Shown piece after piece: positions 7,398-16,580 of a stretch of 24,696 nt of DNA. Source of the stretch: Armatimonadota bacterium. GTDB lineage: Bacteria > Armatimonadota > Fimbriimonadia > Fimbriimonadales > GBS-DC. Location of the stretch: positions 1 to 24,696 of the forward strand of contig JBBIJY010000033.1 in the NCBI GenBank assembly GCA_037445735.1, read 5' to 3'. Position 1 is the first letter of the stretch, and each line of letters starts with the position of its first letter. The translations under genes and the position numbers were made by a program. The notes under the pieces were generated by a model. It was not told where the DNA came from, made no database searches, and saw nothing but the letters and a program-made list of their open reading frames with translations.

Positions 7398-8405
7398 GTG
7401 AATGTTCGGGCGTTTGTGGAGCGGCGGAAGGCACGCTGGGAGCGGTTTGAGCAGATGGTGCGGGCGGTGCGCTGGGGCGGCGCCCACGCGCTCACCCGTC
7501 AGGAACTGAACGAGCTGGGACGCCTCTATCGGCAGGTGGCGACCGATTTAGCCTACGCCCGCCTGCAGGGAGCCGACCCGCCTGTGATCGATTACCTCAA
7601 CAGCCTGCTGGGTCAGGCGCACGGCGTGTTCTATCGCCCGTCAGGAGCCAGCCTGCGCGAGGGCATCAAACGCCTGTTCTACACCTTCCCGGCGGTGGTG
7701 CGGCGGCAGTGGCGAGCGGTGGCGTTGAGCATCGCCCTCACGCTCGCAGGCGCGCTGATCGCCTTCGCGCTGGTGAGCCACGATCCCAGCTGGACTGCCC
7801 GCCTGTTAGACCCGCAGTTCGCTGAAGTGCTGGAACACTGGAAGAGCGGACGACAGTATCAGCCCGGTCAGACAGGGCTGGCAGCGGTGATGTCCAGCTT
7901 CTACTTTGTGAACAACACGCGCGTGGCGATGCTCTCGTTCGGATTGGGCTTCTTTTTAGGTATTCCGACGGTCTATCTGCTGTGGACGAACGGCTTTCTG
8001 CTGGGCATCTTTGCGGCGGAGATGGCGCGGGCGGGCAAGCTGGGCTTCTTTCTGGTCTCCATCTATCCGCATGGCGTGCCGGAGATAGGTGCCATCTTTC
8101 TGTGCGGCGCAGGCGGACTGCTGCTGGGACGCGCTCTGCTGATGCCGGGCGATCTGACCCGCATCGACGCTCTGCGCGAGGCGGGGCGCGAAGCCATCTG
8201 GCTGCTGGGCGGCTCCATCCCGCTGATTTTCATCGCCGCCTTCACCGAAGCCTTCTTCTCCTTCTACGCCTTTCCAGGCTGGACGAAGTTCCTCTGGGGC
8301 ACGATTGCGCTCGCCGTTCTGCTCAGTTACATTCTTTTTGTACGCTCGCCCGAAGAAAATCGGCAGGAGAAACCGGCACCGATGGCGAATCAGCCCCTCA
8401 ATTGA
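7398..8405 (+). CDS. SpoIIM-family (DUF95) integral membrane protein
   Basis: N-terminal RWERFE and LYRQVATDLAYAR, NNTRVA, NGFLLG, PHGVPE, IAAFTEAF; multiple TM segments. Confidence 0.88.
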   Translation: MNVRAFVERRKARWERFEQMVRAVRWGGAHALTRQELNELGRLYRQVATDLAYARLQGADPPVIDYLNSLLGQAHGVFYRPSGASLREGIKRLFYTFPAVVRRQWRAVALSIALTLAGALIAFALVSHDPSWTARLLDPQFAEVLEHWKSGRQYQPGQTGLAAVMSSFYFVNNTRVAMLSFGLGFFLGIPTVYLLWTNGFLLGIFAAEMARAGKLGFFLVSIYPHGVPEIGAIFLCGAGGLLLGRALLMPGDLTRIDALREAGREAIWLLGGSIPLIFIAAFTEAFFSFYAFPGWTKFLWGTIALAVLLSYILFVRSPEENRQEKPAPMANQPLN

Positions 8406-8426
8406 GCGTAAGGAGGCGGAAAACCG

Positions 8427-9713
8427 ATGCAGGCAAGGCAGGAAAGCACTCTGGCAATAGCGATTCGTGTGCTGCAGGAGCAACCGATGCTGGCGGTGAT
8501 GATGTTCCTGCAGTACGCCATCTGGGGCGCATGGTCGGTCGCGCTTTCGGGTTATCTGGATAAGGAGCTGGGCTTCACGGGGCTGGGGCTGTCGCTGATT
8601 TACAACGCGCTGCCGATTATGAACCTGATTGTGCCGTTCACAGCGGGTCAGCTGGCGGATCGCCTGATGCCTGCCCAGCGTGCGCTGGCGCTGTTTCACC
8701 TGCTGGGCGGCGTGCTGCTGATAGCGCTTGCCTATCAGAAGACGCTGCTGCCGATGACGGCGCTGATGCTGGCGTATGCCTTCTGCTATGCGCCGACGCT
8801 TGCTCTATCCAACTCGGTCGCTTTTCGCAACCTGAAAAACCCTGCGATAGAGTTCGGACCGATTCGCGTCTGGGGCACCATCGGCTGGATTGTGGCAAAC
8901 TTGCTGGTTTCGGTAATGCGCGCAGCGGGTTCGTTGCAGTGGGGGATTATCGATGTGTTTCTGATGGCGGGTGTGATTTCGCTGATTGCGGGGCTAATCA
9001 GTTTCGCCCTGCCGAACACACCGCCCGCTACGGAGGCGCCGAACCCGTTTGCGTTTATCGAAGCGTTGCAGCTGCTGCGCGACCCGAATTATCGCCTGTT
9101 TTTCATCGTGGCGTTTCTGGTGGCGACGGAGCTTCCGCTATATTACATTCTGACCTTTCCCTTCCTGCAATCGGCGGGCGGGCGCGTGGGTATCACCGCC
9201 GATAATCTGCCAGCCTGGATGACGATAGCGCAGATAGCCGAGATTTTCACGATTGCATTGATGTTGCCTGCGGTATTGCCTGTATGGGGCATTCGGCGCA
9301 CGCTCTTGCTGGGCATCTTTGCGTGGCCAGCCCGCTACGCCGTGTTCGCGCTGGCGTGGGCGCTGCATGAGACGGCGCCGTGGACGGTGTGGCTGGCAGT
9401 GGCTTCGCTGGCGCTGCACGGCTTCTGCTATGTGTTCTTCTTCGTGGTGGCGTTCATCTACACCGACATGGTGGCGCCCGCCGATATTCGCTCGTCGGCG
9501 CAGGCATTGATTAATGTGGCGGTGCTGGGCGTGGGCGCGCTGGCAGGCGGCTTTCTGGCAGGCTGGCTTAAAGACATCTTCACCGTTAACGGCGTGACGA
9601 ACTACTCGCTGGTGTTTCTGGTGCCGACGGTGGCCACAGTGGTGATTGGCGTGGTGTTCGGCTTGCTGTTTCGGGAGAAGCCAGCAGGAGAGGCGGCGGC
9701 AACAACGAATTGA
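8427..9713 (+). CDS. MFS transporter, nucleoside:H+ symporter (NupG/XapB/YegT-like) family
   Basis: MMFLQYAIWGAW, GQLADR, PTLALSNS, FGPIRVWGTIGWI, QIAEI, LHGFCYVFFFV; about 12 TM segments. SD AAGGAGG. Confidence 0.9.
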   Translation: MQARQESTLAIAIRVLQEQPMLAVMMFLQYAIWGAWSVALSGYLDKELGFTGLGLSLIYNALPIMNLIVPFTAGQLADRLMPAQRALALFHLLGGVLLIALAYQKTLLPMTALMLAYAFCYAPTLALSNSVAFRNLKNPAIEFGPIRVWGTIGWIVANLLVSVMRAAGSLQWGIIDVFLMAGVISLIAGLISFALPNTPPATEAPNPFAFIEALQLLRDPNYRLFFIVAFLVATELPLYYILTFPFLQSAGGRVGITADNLPAWMTIAQIAEIFTIALMLPAVLPVWGIRRTLLLGIFAWPARYAVFALAWALHETAPWTVWLAVASLALHGFCYVFFFVVAFIYTDMVAPADIRSSAQALINVAVLGVGALAGGFLAGWLKDIFTVNGVTNYSLVFLVPTVATVVIGVVFGLLFREKPAGEAAATTN

Positions 9714-10192
9714 TGAGCGGCGCTATGGCGGAACCCTTATTGCGGTGGCAGGTGCATCTGGTGCGGCGTCAGCCAGAGCGGTTGCCCGTGGTGCTGCTGG
9801 TGCTGATCGGCGCACCGATGCTGGGGCTATGGCTGATGGAGCACTGGCTGTTCGCGATCGCTGCCCTGTGGATGGTCTTCTCGGCGACCGCCGACTACCT
9901 GCTGCCGATTCGTTATGAAGCGGATGAGATGGGCATCCGTCAGAAAGGGTGGTCGCCGCGCCTGATGCGCTGGGAGCGGGTTCGGCGCGTGGTGTGGGGC
10001 GAGCAGGGCGTGCTGCTCAGCCCCTTCGAGAAGCCGAGCCGACTGGACGCCTTTCGGGGTATCTTTCTCTGGTACGGCGATCATGCCGACGAAGTGCGGG
10101 CGCTGGTGGAACGCTTCTGCACCACCACCCGCCAGAGCAAAAAGGCGGTTCGCGGGCAGCGTAAGAAGGCGAAACAGGCGGTTAAAGTCTGA
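9713..10192 (+). CDS. Hypothetical membrane protein (two TM helices plus small beta domain, possibly PH-like)
   Basis: TGATG coupling to the MFS gene; two hydrophobic segments; W..VRRV pattern; SRLDAFRG motif; basic tail. Confidence 0.7.
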   Translation: MSGAMAEPLLRWQVHLVRRQPERLPVVLLVLIGAPMLGLWLMEHWLFAIAALWMVFSATADYLLPIRYEADEMGIRQKGWSPRLMRWERVRRVVWGEQGVLLSPFEKPSRLDAFRGIFLWYGDHADEVRALVERFCTTTRQSKKAVRGQRKKAKQAVKV

Positions 10193-10204
10193 AGGTGGTG
10201 GCGC

Positions 10205-10549
10205 ATGCGCGAGTTCTGGAAAGAGCCGCTGAGCGAGGAACGCAAGCAGGAGCTGATCGAAGCGATGGCGCGGTTCGTGGTCAATCGCGGGCTATCGGCG
10301 CCAGCCGTGCTGTTTCTGGAGCTGCATCGCCCGCTGGCGTTCATCGGCTCGCAGGCAGGCATCGTCTTCTCACCGTTTCTGGTCGCCCTGTTCGGCTTCC
10401 AGCGTGTGGACGAATACACCCAGCTGATGAGCGAGCGCGAGAACTGGGATCGGCTCATCGAGCGCATCGAGGAGCTGGAGGAGGAGCGACGCGCAGGACG
10501 CCAGACGCCCGCTGCCAGCCACTCATCGGAGACGGGAGGGCCCAGCTGA
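10205..10549 (+). CDS. Hypothetical protein
   Basis: Operon spacing, SD-like AAGGTGG; motif PAVLFLELHRPLAFIGSQ with acidic helical ends. Confidence 0.75.
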   Translation: MREFWKEPLSEERKQELIEAMARFVVNRGLSAPAVLFLELHRPLAFIGSQAGIVFSPFLVALFGFQRVDEYTQLMSERENWDRLIERIEELEEERRAGRQTPAASHSSETGGPS

Positions 10550-11386
10550 ATGTCCTATCAACATGCACAGGATAACTGGTTCGCCGCGATTGTTATTGCG
10601 ATTATCGCGCTGGCGGTGCTGATTAACATCGCGCGGGCGAAGGCAGGCGCCCAGCTCTACATTCGGCGCATTCCGGGGCTGGACGCCATCGACGAGGCGA
10701 TCGGTCGCTCCACCGAGATGGGGCGCCCCGTCACCATGATTCCGGGCTTGACCGCCTTCGGCGTGGTGGCGGTGCAGGCGCTGACCATCTTCAAATACAT
10801 CACGAGACAGATTGCGAAGTTTGCGACCCCGATGCGCCTGCTGACCGCCGATGCGACCGTGTACGCGGTGGCACAGGAGGCGATCCAGGACGCCTATAAC
10901 GAGGCGGGACGCCCCGACCTGTACGACCCCGACAGCGTGCGTTTCCTGTCCGACCGCCAGTTCGCGTTCGCATCGGGTGTGGCAGGGTTGATTCAGCGCG
11001 AGCGCGTGGCAGCGAACTTCATGTTTGGCGATTTTTACGCCGAATCGCTGATCTTTGCCGAGACGGGCAATATCGTGGGCGCGATCCAGATTGCGGGCAC
11101 CATCAGCTTCACACAGGTACCGTTCTTCGTGGCAGCGTGCGACTATACGATTATTGGCGATGAGTTCTATGCGACGAGCGCGTATCTCAGCCGTGAACCG
11201 GTGCTGCTGGGCAGTATGGTGGGGCAGGACATCGCCAAGTTCCTCTTCGCCTTTACCGTGAGCGTGGGCGCGATTGCTGCCACCGTGCTGGGCGTGAACC
11301 ACCCATTTATCAAGTTGCTGGGTCAGCCCGGCGGCTGGGAGCCTTTCGTCCAACTGGTTTCCAGATTCCTTTTCGGAGGGAAATAG
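10550..11386 (+). CDS. DUF6754-like membrane-anchored protein
   Basis: IRRIPGLDAIDEAIGRSTEMGRP, QFAFASGV, FYAESLIFAETG, GAIQIAGT, QVPFFVAACDYTIIGDEFYATSAYLS match my recollection of DUF6754. N- and C-terminal TM helices. Confidence 0.8.
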   Translation: MSYQHAQDNWFAAIVIAIIALAVLINIARAKAGAQLYIRRIPGLDAIDEAIGRSTEMGRPVTMIPGLTAFGVVAVQALTIFKYITRQIAKFATPMRLLTADATVYAVAQEAIQDAYNEAGRPDLYDPDSVRFLSDRQFAFASGVAGLIQRERVAANFMFGDFYAESLIFAETGNIVGAIQIAGTISFTQVPFFVAACDYTIIGDEFYATSAYLSREPVLLGSMVGQDIAKFLFAFTVSVGAIAATVLGVNHPFIKLLGQPGGWEPFVQLVSRFLFGGK

Positions 11387-11389
11387 CCG

Positions 11390-12247
11390 ATGTGGAGATC
11401 GGTCTGGCAGGTGGATACTTCGACGACGGCTGGCATCATCGCGATGGTGCTGATTGTCATCGGGGCATTCCTGTTGATGCTGGGGCTAATTCCCGCGCTG
11501 CAGGCGTTGCCTCCTCGCGGGCGGCGCGGGCTGATTGTGGTGCTGACCTTTCTGGTCGGGCTGTTCTTCGCGGCGGAGTTTTTTATGCCCCTCACGCGCG
11601 GCGATAAAAATTTTCTCACGCCCGCCGTTCAGCCCGCCCAGGACATTCTGCAGGTGATCACGAGCCTTGCGCTGGGGCTGGGCACCTACGGGCTGATCCG
11701 ACTGCACCTGCGCAATGTGGTGCAGAAACGGACCCAGTGGGGCTACAGCGTGGTGCTGCTGATTGCCTTTGTGGTGATGGCGTTTTTCAGCATCTGGCAC
11801 ACCCTCGCGGAAAAGCGGCTTGTTAAAGAGACGCCGCTGTTGAAGCAAGGCTTCCCCCTGCTGTTTGATTCCACGCTGATCCAGCTGGACGCGGCGATGT
11901 TCTCGCTGATTGCGTTCTACATCTATTCCGCGGCGTATCGCGCCTTTCGAATTCGCTCGGTAGAGGCAGGCATTCTGATGTTCACGGCGATGGTGGTGAT
12001 GATTGGGATTGTGCCACTGGGCGCCGCCCTCAGCAGCTGGATTGGCTTACCCTCGGATGTGCCTAAAGACGCGCATCCGTTCTCGCTGGAATCGATACTC
12101 TATGCCCTGCGTTTGCCCGAAATCGCGAACTGGATTCTGATTAAGCTCAACGCGCCCGTTCAGCGAGCCATCGAGTTCGGTGTGGGCATCGGCGGGCTGG
12201 CGATGGCGATCCGATTGTGGCTGAGCCTTGAACGCGGCATCACCTGA
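11390..12247 (+). CDS. Uncharacterised polytopic membrane protein
   Basis: Several TM segments; MFSLIAFYIYSAAYRAFRIRSVEA and RAIEFGVGIG motifs. SD GGAGG. Confidence 0.8.
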   Translation: MWRSVWQVDTSTTAGIIAMVLIVIGAFLLMLGLIPALQALPPRGRRGLIVVLTFLVGLFFAAEFFMPLTRGDKNFLTPAVQPAQDILQVITSLALGLGTYGLIRLHLRNVVQKRTQWGYSVVLLIAFVVMAFFSIWHTLAEKRLVKETPLLKQGFPLLFDSTLIQLDAAMFSLIAFYIYSAAYRAFRIRSVEAGILMFTAMVVMIGIVPLGAALSSWIGLPSDVPKDAHPFSLESILYALRLPEIANWILIKLNAPVQRAIEFGVGIGGLAMAIRLWLSLERGIT

Positions 12248-12260
12248 GGAGGGATGAGCC

Positions 12261-13097
12261 ATGCAGACCGAACTGCCTAATCTGTGGAGCCGTATGCTGG
12301 CAATTGATCGGCGGATTCTCTATCTGCTGCTGTTTGCCAACATCGTGACCTTTTTGCTGCTGCCGGTGCGGCTGCCAGCGGTTATCAGCCCGCCTGCGCG
12401 CAACTTCTACCAGACAATTGAACAGTTGAAGCCTGGCGATCTGGTGATGGTCTCGTCCAACTGGAGTGCCAGCACGGTGGCGGAGAATCAGCCGCAGCTG
12501 GAGGCGGTGTTGCGCCACCTGATGCGGAAACGGGTGCGTTTCACCATCATCTCGGTGGAGGCACAGGCGCGCGACCTCTCCCTGCGAATCGCCGAGCATG
12601 TCGCCAAAGAATATAACTATCAATACGGCAAAGATTGGGCACATCTGGGCTTCAATCCGAACTGGGCGCTGTTAATCAAAGGGATGGTCGTCGATCTGCC
12701 CGCAACCGTCAAGGAGGATGTGCGGGGCACTCCCGCCCGTCAGTTGCCTGTGCTGCAGGGCGTCCAGTCGCTCAAAGACTATAAGCTGGTCATCGACATC
12801 ACGCCCTCCGCCACAGTGCCCACCTGGATTTCGTACCGCCCGAAGAATCTGGTGGTGCTGTATTGCCCGACCTCCGTGATGGCTGCTGAAGCCTATACCT
12901 TCCTCGATTCAGGGCAGATCGCGGGCATGCTCACAGGCGCGAAAGGAGCGCAGGAGTACGAACAGATGCTGGGCATCCAGGGGCAGGGCGCCATCTTCGC
13001 GAACTGCATCCAGTTCTCCCATGTGCTGATTATTCTCACCATTTTGCTGGGCAATATCGCCATGTTCATGAATCGGCGTGTCGGGAGGGTACCATAA
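12261..13097 (+). CDS. Uncharacterised membrane-anchored protein (TM - alpha/beta domain - TM)
   Basis: DRRILYLL N-terminal TM, YGKDWAHLGF, FLDSGQIAGMLTGAKGAQEYE, HVLIILTILLGNI C-terminal TM. SD GAGGAGG. Confidence 0.8.
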   Translation: MQTELPNLWSRMLAIDRRILYLLLFANIVTFLLLPVRLPAVISPPARNFYQTIEQLKPGDLVMVSSNWSASTVAENQPQLEAVLRHLMRKRVRFTIISVEAQARDLSLRIAEHVAKEYNYQYGKDWAHLGFNPNWALLIKGMVVDLPATVKEDVRGTPARQLPVLQGVQSLKDYKLVIDITPSATVPTWISYRPKNLVVLYCPTSVMAAEAYTFLDSGQIAGMLTGAKGAQEYEQMLGIQGQGAIFANCIQFSHVLIILTILLGNIAMFMNRRVGRVP

Positions 13098-13771
13098 TGG
13101 ATTGGCTCCAGCAGTTTTTACCGTTGAATCAGGAACGGCTGAGCGTGTGGATTGGCGTCATCTGCACGCTGGCAATCTACTCGATCCTGTATCGGGAGAA
13201 CCCCTTCTATCGCCTCTTCGAGCATCTGTATATTGGGCTGGCTGCTGGCTATTCGCTGGGTCCACTGCTGGTGGACAACATCTATCGCTACTGGGTATTG
13301 CCCCTGACGCAGGGACAGTGGCCGTGGGCGTTCGTGGTGCCATTTGGACTGTATCTGTACTTTATCTACAGTGAGCGATACGGCTGGATTAGCCGTATCG
13401 TGATTGGCGTGCTGATTGGCAGCTCGGCGGGTGTCTACTTCCAGGAGTTCGCCTCGCGCTACCTGCCACAGCTCAACAGCACGCTGTCCAAACCGCTCTG
13501 GCAAACCCCTGTCAATCCCGATGTCATCATCTCCGATGTGATTAATAACTGGATATTTATTATCTTTCTGATCTCGGTGTTGACCTATTTCACCTTCTCC
13601 TTTGAACATCGGGGTGCAGTCCGGCGGGTAGCTATCTTTGGTCGATGGGTTTTGATGATCGGGCTGGGCGCGATTTTCGGCAACACGGTGATGGCGCGTA
13701 CCGCGCTGCTGATTGGGCGTATCTACTACTTATTGCATGATTGGTTGCGCCTCAGTATCGGAGGTGGCTGA
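13097..13771 (+). CDS. Uncharacterised polytopic membrane protein
   Basis: TAATG coupling; TLAIYSILYRENPFYRLFEHLYIG, YFTFS, GRWVLMIGLGAIFGNTVMAR; several TM segments. Confidence 0.8.
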   Translation: MDWLQQFLPLNQERLSVWIGVICTLAIYSILYRENPFYRLFEHLYIGLAAGYSLGPLLVDNIYRYWVLPLTQGQWPWAFVVPFGLYLYFIYSERYGWISRIVIGVLIGSSAGVYFQEFASRYLPQLNSTLSKPLWQTPVNPDVIISDVINNWIFIIFLISVLTYFTFSFEHRGAVRRVAIFGRWVLMIGLGAIFGNTVMARTALLIGRIYYLLHDWLRLSIGGG

Positions 13772-13773
13772 CG

Positions 13774-14892
13774 ATGGCGGAGCAGGCGCTCTATGCGCAG
13801 CGGGTGGCGAAGTTGCAGGCGGCGTTGATTCAGCACGGTGTGGATGCCTATCTGGCGGCGACGCCCGTGAATATGCTCTATCTGAGCGGTTTCAGCGAGC
13901 CGCCGCTGGAGCGACTGATGTTCCTGCTGGTGCCGCAATCGGGCGAGCCGTGCTGGTTCATGCCCGCGCTCAGCGCCGAAAGCGCGGAGGCGAACCCTGC
14001 ACGCTGGCAGGTGCGCTATGTGTGGCACGACTCGGAAGGTCCCTTCCAGCAGCTGGAGCGGTGCGCTCGCGAGCAGAATCTGGAGACTGCCGTGATCGCC
14101 GTCGACGACGAGATGCCCGCCATGTTTTTGCTGATTTTGCAGGAGGTGCTGCCCGCCGCGCTGTTTCGGCGGGGCGGCGAAATCATCGCGGCGGTGCGCG
14201 CCCGCAAAGACGCAGCCGAAGTTGAGCGCATGCGCGAGGCGGCGCGACTGACCGACGAGGCGCTCGCGGCAGGGCTGGAACGCTGCATGCCCGGCGTCAG
14301 CGAGTGGGCGGTCGCGCTGGCAATCCAGCGGGCGCTGTACGACTTCGGCTCCCATCTGGCGTTCGGCATCCCCATCGTGGCAGCGGGCGAGAACAGCTCC
14401 CGACCGCACTACACCACAGGGCATCGCCCCCTGCAGGAAGGCGATGTGATCGTGATTGACTACGGCGGCACCTACGAGGGCTACTGCAACGACATCACGC
14501 GCGTCATCAGTGTGGGCGCCGCGCCCGAAGAGGCGAAAAAGATTTACGCCGTCGTGTATGAGGCGCACATGGCAGCGCGGGCGACCGCCAGGGCGGGCGT
14601 GCCCGCACAGGAGGTCGATAGAGCCGCGCGGCGCGTGGTCCAGCAGGCAGGCTACGGCGACTACTTCGTGCATCGCACCGGGCACGGCATCGGGCTGTCG
14701 GTGCATGAGCCGCCCTATATCGTGGAGGGCAACGACGCGCCGCTGGAGGTCGGGCACTGCTTCACCATCGAGCCGGGCATCTACCTGCCTGGCAGGTTCG
14801 GTGTGCGTATCGAGAATGTGTATGTGATTACCGAAACGGGCTGTGAATCGCTGAACGCCGAGCCGCCCGAACAGATTCGGGAGATTGTGTAG
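13774..14892 (+). CDS. Xaa-Pro peptidase, M24 family (creatinase/prolidase N-domain plus pita-bread domain)
   Basis: NMLYLSGF; metal ligands in IDYGG..GYCNDITR, HRTGHGIGLSVHEPP, TIEPGIY, GVRIE. Start moved to ATG 13774 after SD GGAGG. Confidence 0.93.
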   Translation: MAEQALYAQRVAKLQAALIQHGVDAYLAATPVNMLYLSGFSEPPLERLMFLLVPQSGEPCWFMPALSAESAEANPARWQVRYVWHDSEGPFQQLERCAREQNLETAVIAVDDEMPAMFLLILQEVLPAALFRRGGEIIAAVRARKDAAEVERMREAARLTDEALAAGLERCMPGVSEWAVALAIQRALYDFGSHLAFGIPIVAAGENSSRPHYTTGHRPLQEGDVIVIDYGGTYEGYCNDITRVISVGAAPEEAKKIYAVVYEAHMAARATARAGVPAQEVDRAARRVVQQAGYGDYFVHRTGHGIGLSVHEPPYIVEGNDAPLEVGHCFTIEPGIYLPGRFGVRIENVYVITETGCESLNAEPPEQIREIV

Positions 14893-14893
14893 C

Positions 14894-16405
14894 CTACAGT
14901 TGCTCAAAGATGGGTTTCAGAGCGGGGTAGAGTTGCCGATAGAGCGCGTAGGTGCGCTCGTAGGCGGCGCGGTGCTGGGTGTTCGGCTCGGTGCGCGTCG
15001 CCAGCTGGATGGTCGCTTCGCACGCTTCAGGCACGCTGTTCCAGAGTCCCGTGCCCACGCCCGCTAACAGCGCGACGCCGAACGCGGGTCCCTCCTCGGC
15101 TTGCAGGGTGTGAATGGGGTAGCCCGTTATATCGGCGAGAATCTGGCGCCAGAGCGGGCTGCGGGCGCCGCCGCCCGTCATGCGCACCTCCTCGATGGGC
15201 ACGCCCATCGCCTGCAGGATTTCGAACGAGTCGCGCAAGCCGCAGGCGACGCCTTCCAGCACGGCACGGGTGAAGTGCGCCCGCTGATGCTTAAGCGTCG
15301 CGCCGATGAACGCACCTCGCGCCTTCGGATCCGGGTACGGCGTGCGCTCGCCCGACAGATAGGGCACAAACAGCAGCCCTTCACAGCCAGGCGGGATCGG
15401 CTCCGCCTCGCTGAGCAGACGCTCATAAGGGTCTTCGCCCGCGGCGCGCGCGGCATACAGATCCGCCTGCGCGAAGGTGTCGCGATACCAGCGCAACGCC
15501 CCGCCCGCCATCAACATCACGCCCATCACATGCCAGCAGTCAGGCACAGCGTGGCAAAAGGTGTGGGTGCGATAGAGCGGGTCGACGCGCGGCTGGTCTA
15601 AGTGTGCAAACACCACGCCGCTGGTGCCAACCGATACGGCGATTCGCCCCTGCTGCACGATGCCGGTACCGACTGCACCCGCCGCCTGATCGCCCGCGCC
15701 CGCTACCACCGGCGTGCCCTCCGCCAGACCAGTGGCTGCTGCCGCCTGTGCGTGCACCCGCCCTGTAATCTCAGGCGATTCGCAGGCGCGCGGGAACCAT
15801 TCGCGCGGCAGCTCCAGAATGTCCAGCATCTCGTATGCCCAGTCGCGCCGGGGCACTTCAAACAGCGCGGTGCCTGAAGCGTCCGACACATCGGTCGCAT
15901 ACTCGCCCGTGAGCATGAAGCGGATGTAATCTTTGGGCAGCAGCACGCGGCGCACGCGGGCGTAGTGGGCGGGTTCGTGGCGGCGCAGCCAGATAATCTT
16001 GCCCGCCTGAAAGCCTGTCAACACGGGGTTCAGCGTTGTGGTCAGCACCTTCTCCTGTCCGACGCGCTCGGTGATCCAGGCGCACTCGTCGGCGGTGCGC
16101 TGGTCGCACCAGAGCAGCGCCGGGCGAATGACGCGGTTCTGCTCGTCCAGAAACACCGAGCCGTGCATCTGTCCGCTCAGCCCGATGCCCCGAATCTGGC
16201 TGGGTGCGATCCCGCTTTCGGATAGCACCTGCTGAATCGCGCTGACGGTGGCTCGCCACCAGTCGAGCGGGTTCTGCTCCGCCCACAGCGGTTGCGGCGT
16301 GTGCAGTGGGTAGGTATCGGCGCCGCTGGTCAGCACGCGCCCCCGCGCGTCGATCAGCACCGCCTTCACGCCCGTCGTGCCAATATCAAGACCTAACAGG
16401 TACAT
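14894..16405 (-). CDS. xylB: Xylulokinase (FGGY family)
   Basis: GLDIGTTGVKA, LSGQMHG, PALLWCDQRT, LLPKDYI, DASGT, GAGDQAAGA, GTSGV, PYLSGERTP, GGGARS. Confidence 0.9.
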   Translation of the reverse strand: MYLLGLDIGTTGVKAVLIDARGRVLTSGADTYPLHTPQPLWAEQNPLDWWRATVSAIQQVLSESGIAPSQIRGIGLSGQMHGSVFLDEQNRVIRPALLWCDQRTADECAWITERVGQEKVLTTTLNPVLTGFQAGKIIWLRRHEPAHYARVRRVLLPKDYIRFMLTGEYATDVSDASGTALFEVPRRDWAYEMLDILELPREWFPRACESPEITGRVHAQAAAATGLAEGTPVVAGAGDQAAGAVGTGIVQQGRIAVSVGTSGVVFAHLDQPRVDPLYRTHTFCHAVPDCWHVMGVMLMAGGALRWYRDTFAQADLYAARAAGEDPYERLLSEAEPIPPGCEGLLFVPYLSGERTPYPDPKARGAFIGATLKHQRAHFTRAVLEGVACGLRDSFEILQAMGVPIEEVRMTGGGARSPLWRQILADITGYPIHTLQAEEGPAFGVALLAGVGTGLWNSVPEACEATIQLATRTEPNTQHRAAYERTYALYRQLYPALKPIFEQL

Positions 16406-16490
16406 CCCCTGAACCTCCGCCAGAGCTTGCTTCTGCGTTTATGGCTCCGCTATCTCACCTGCTTCCATCAGCACCCGCTGTATTGACGCA

Positions 16491-16580
16491 TCAGAACGGT
16501 CGATACAGGATTGCTTCGGGATTCATCCCGCTGGCGAGCCACTTCCGCACGGTTGCCACAGCGTAGCGCAGCCCGCGTAT
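16491..16580 (-). pseudogene. DUF433-like (antitoxin-type) gene fragment
   Basis: IRGLRYAVATVRKWLASGMNPEAIL resembles the DUF433 core (IRG.R..V..IL..LA.GM..EEIL). No start codon or N-terminus; early stop. Confidence 0.55.

Noticed and set aside
7398-8405. SpoIIM as evidence of sporulation
   Set aside because: The family is widespread in non-sporulating bacteria and no other sporulation genes are present.
13726-14907. 393-aa - strand ORF, and similar shadows at 4016..5026, 5084..5935, 10523..11353, 22768..23661 and 23690..24514
   Set aside because: Each lies opposite a well-supported gene and has no recognisable domain.
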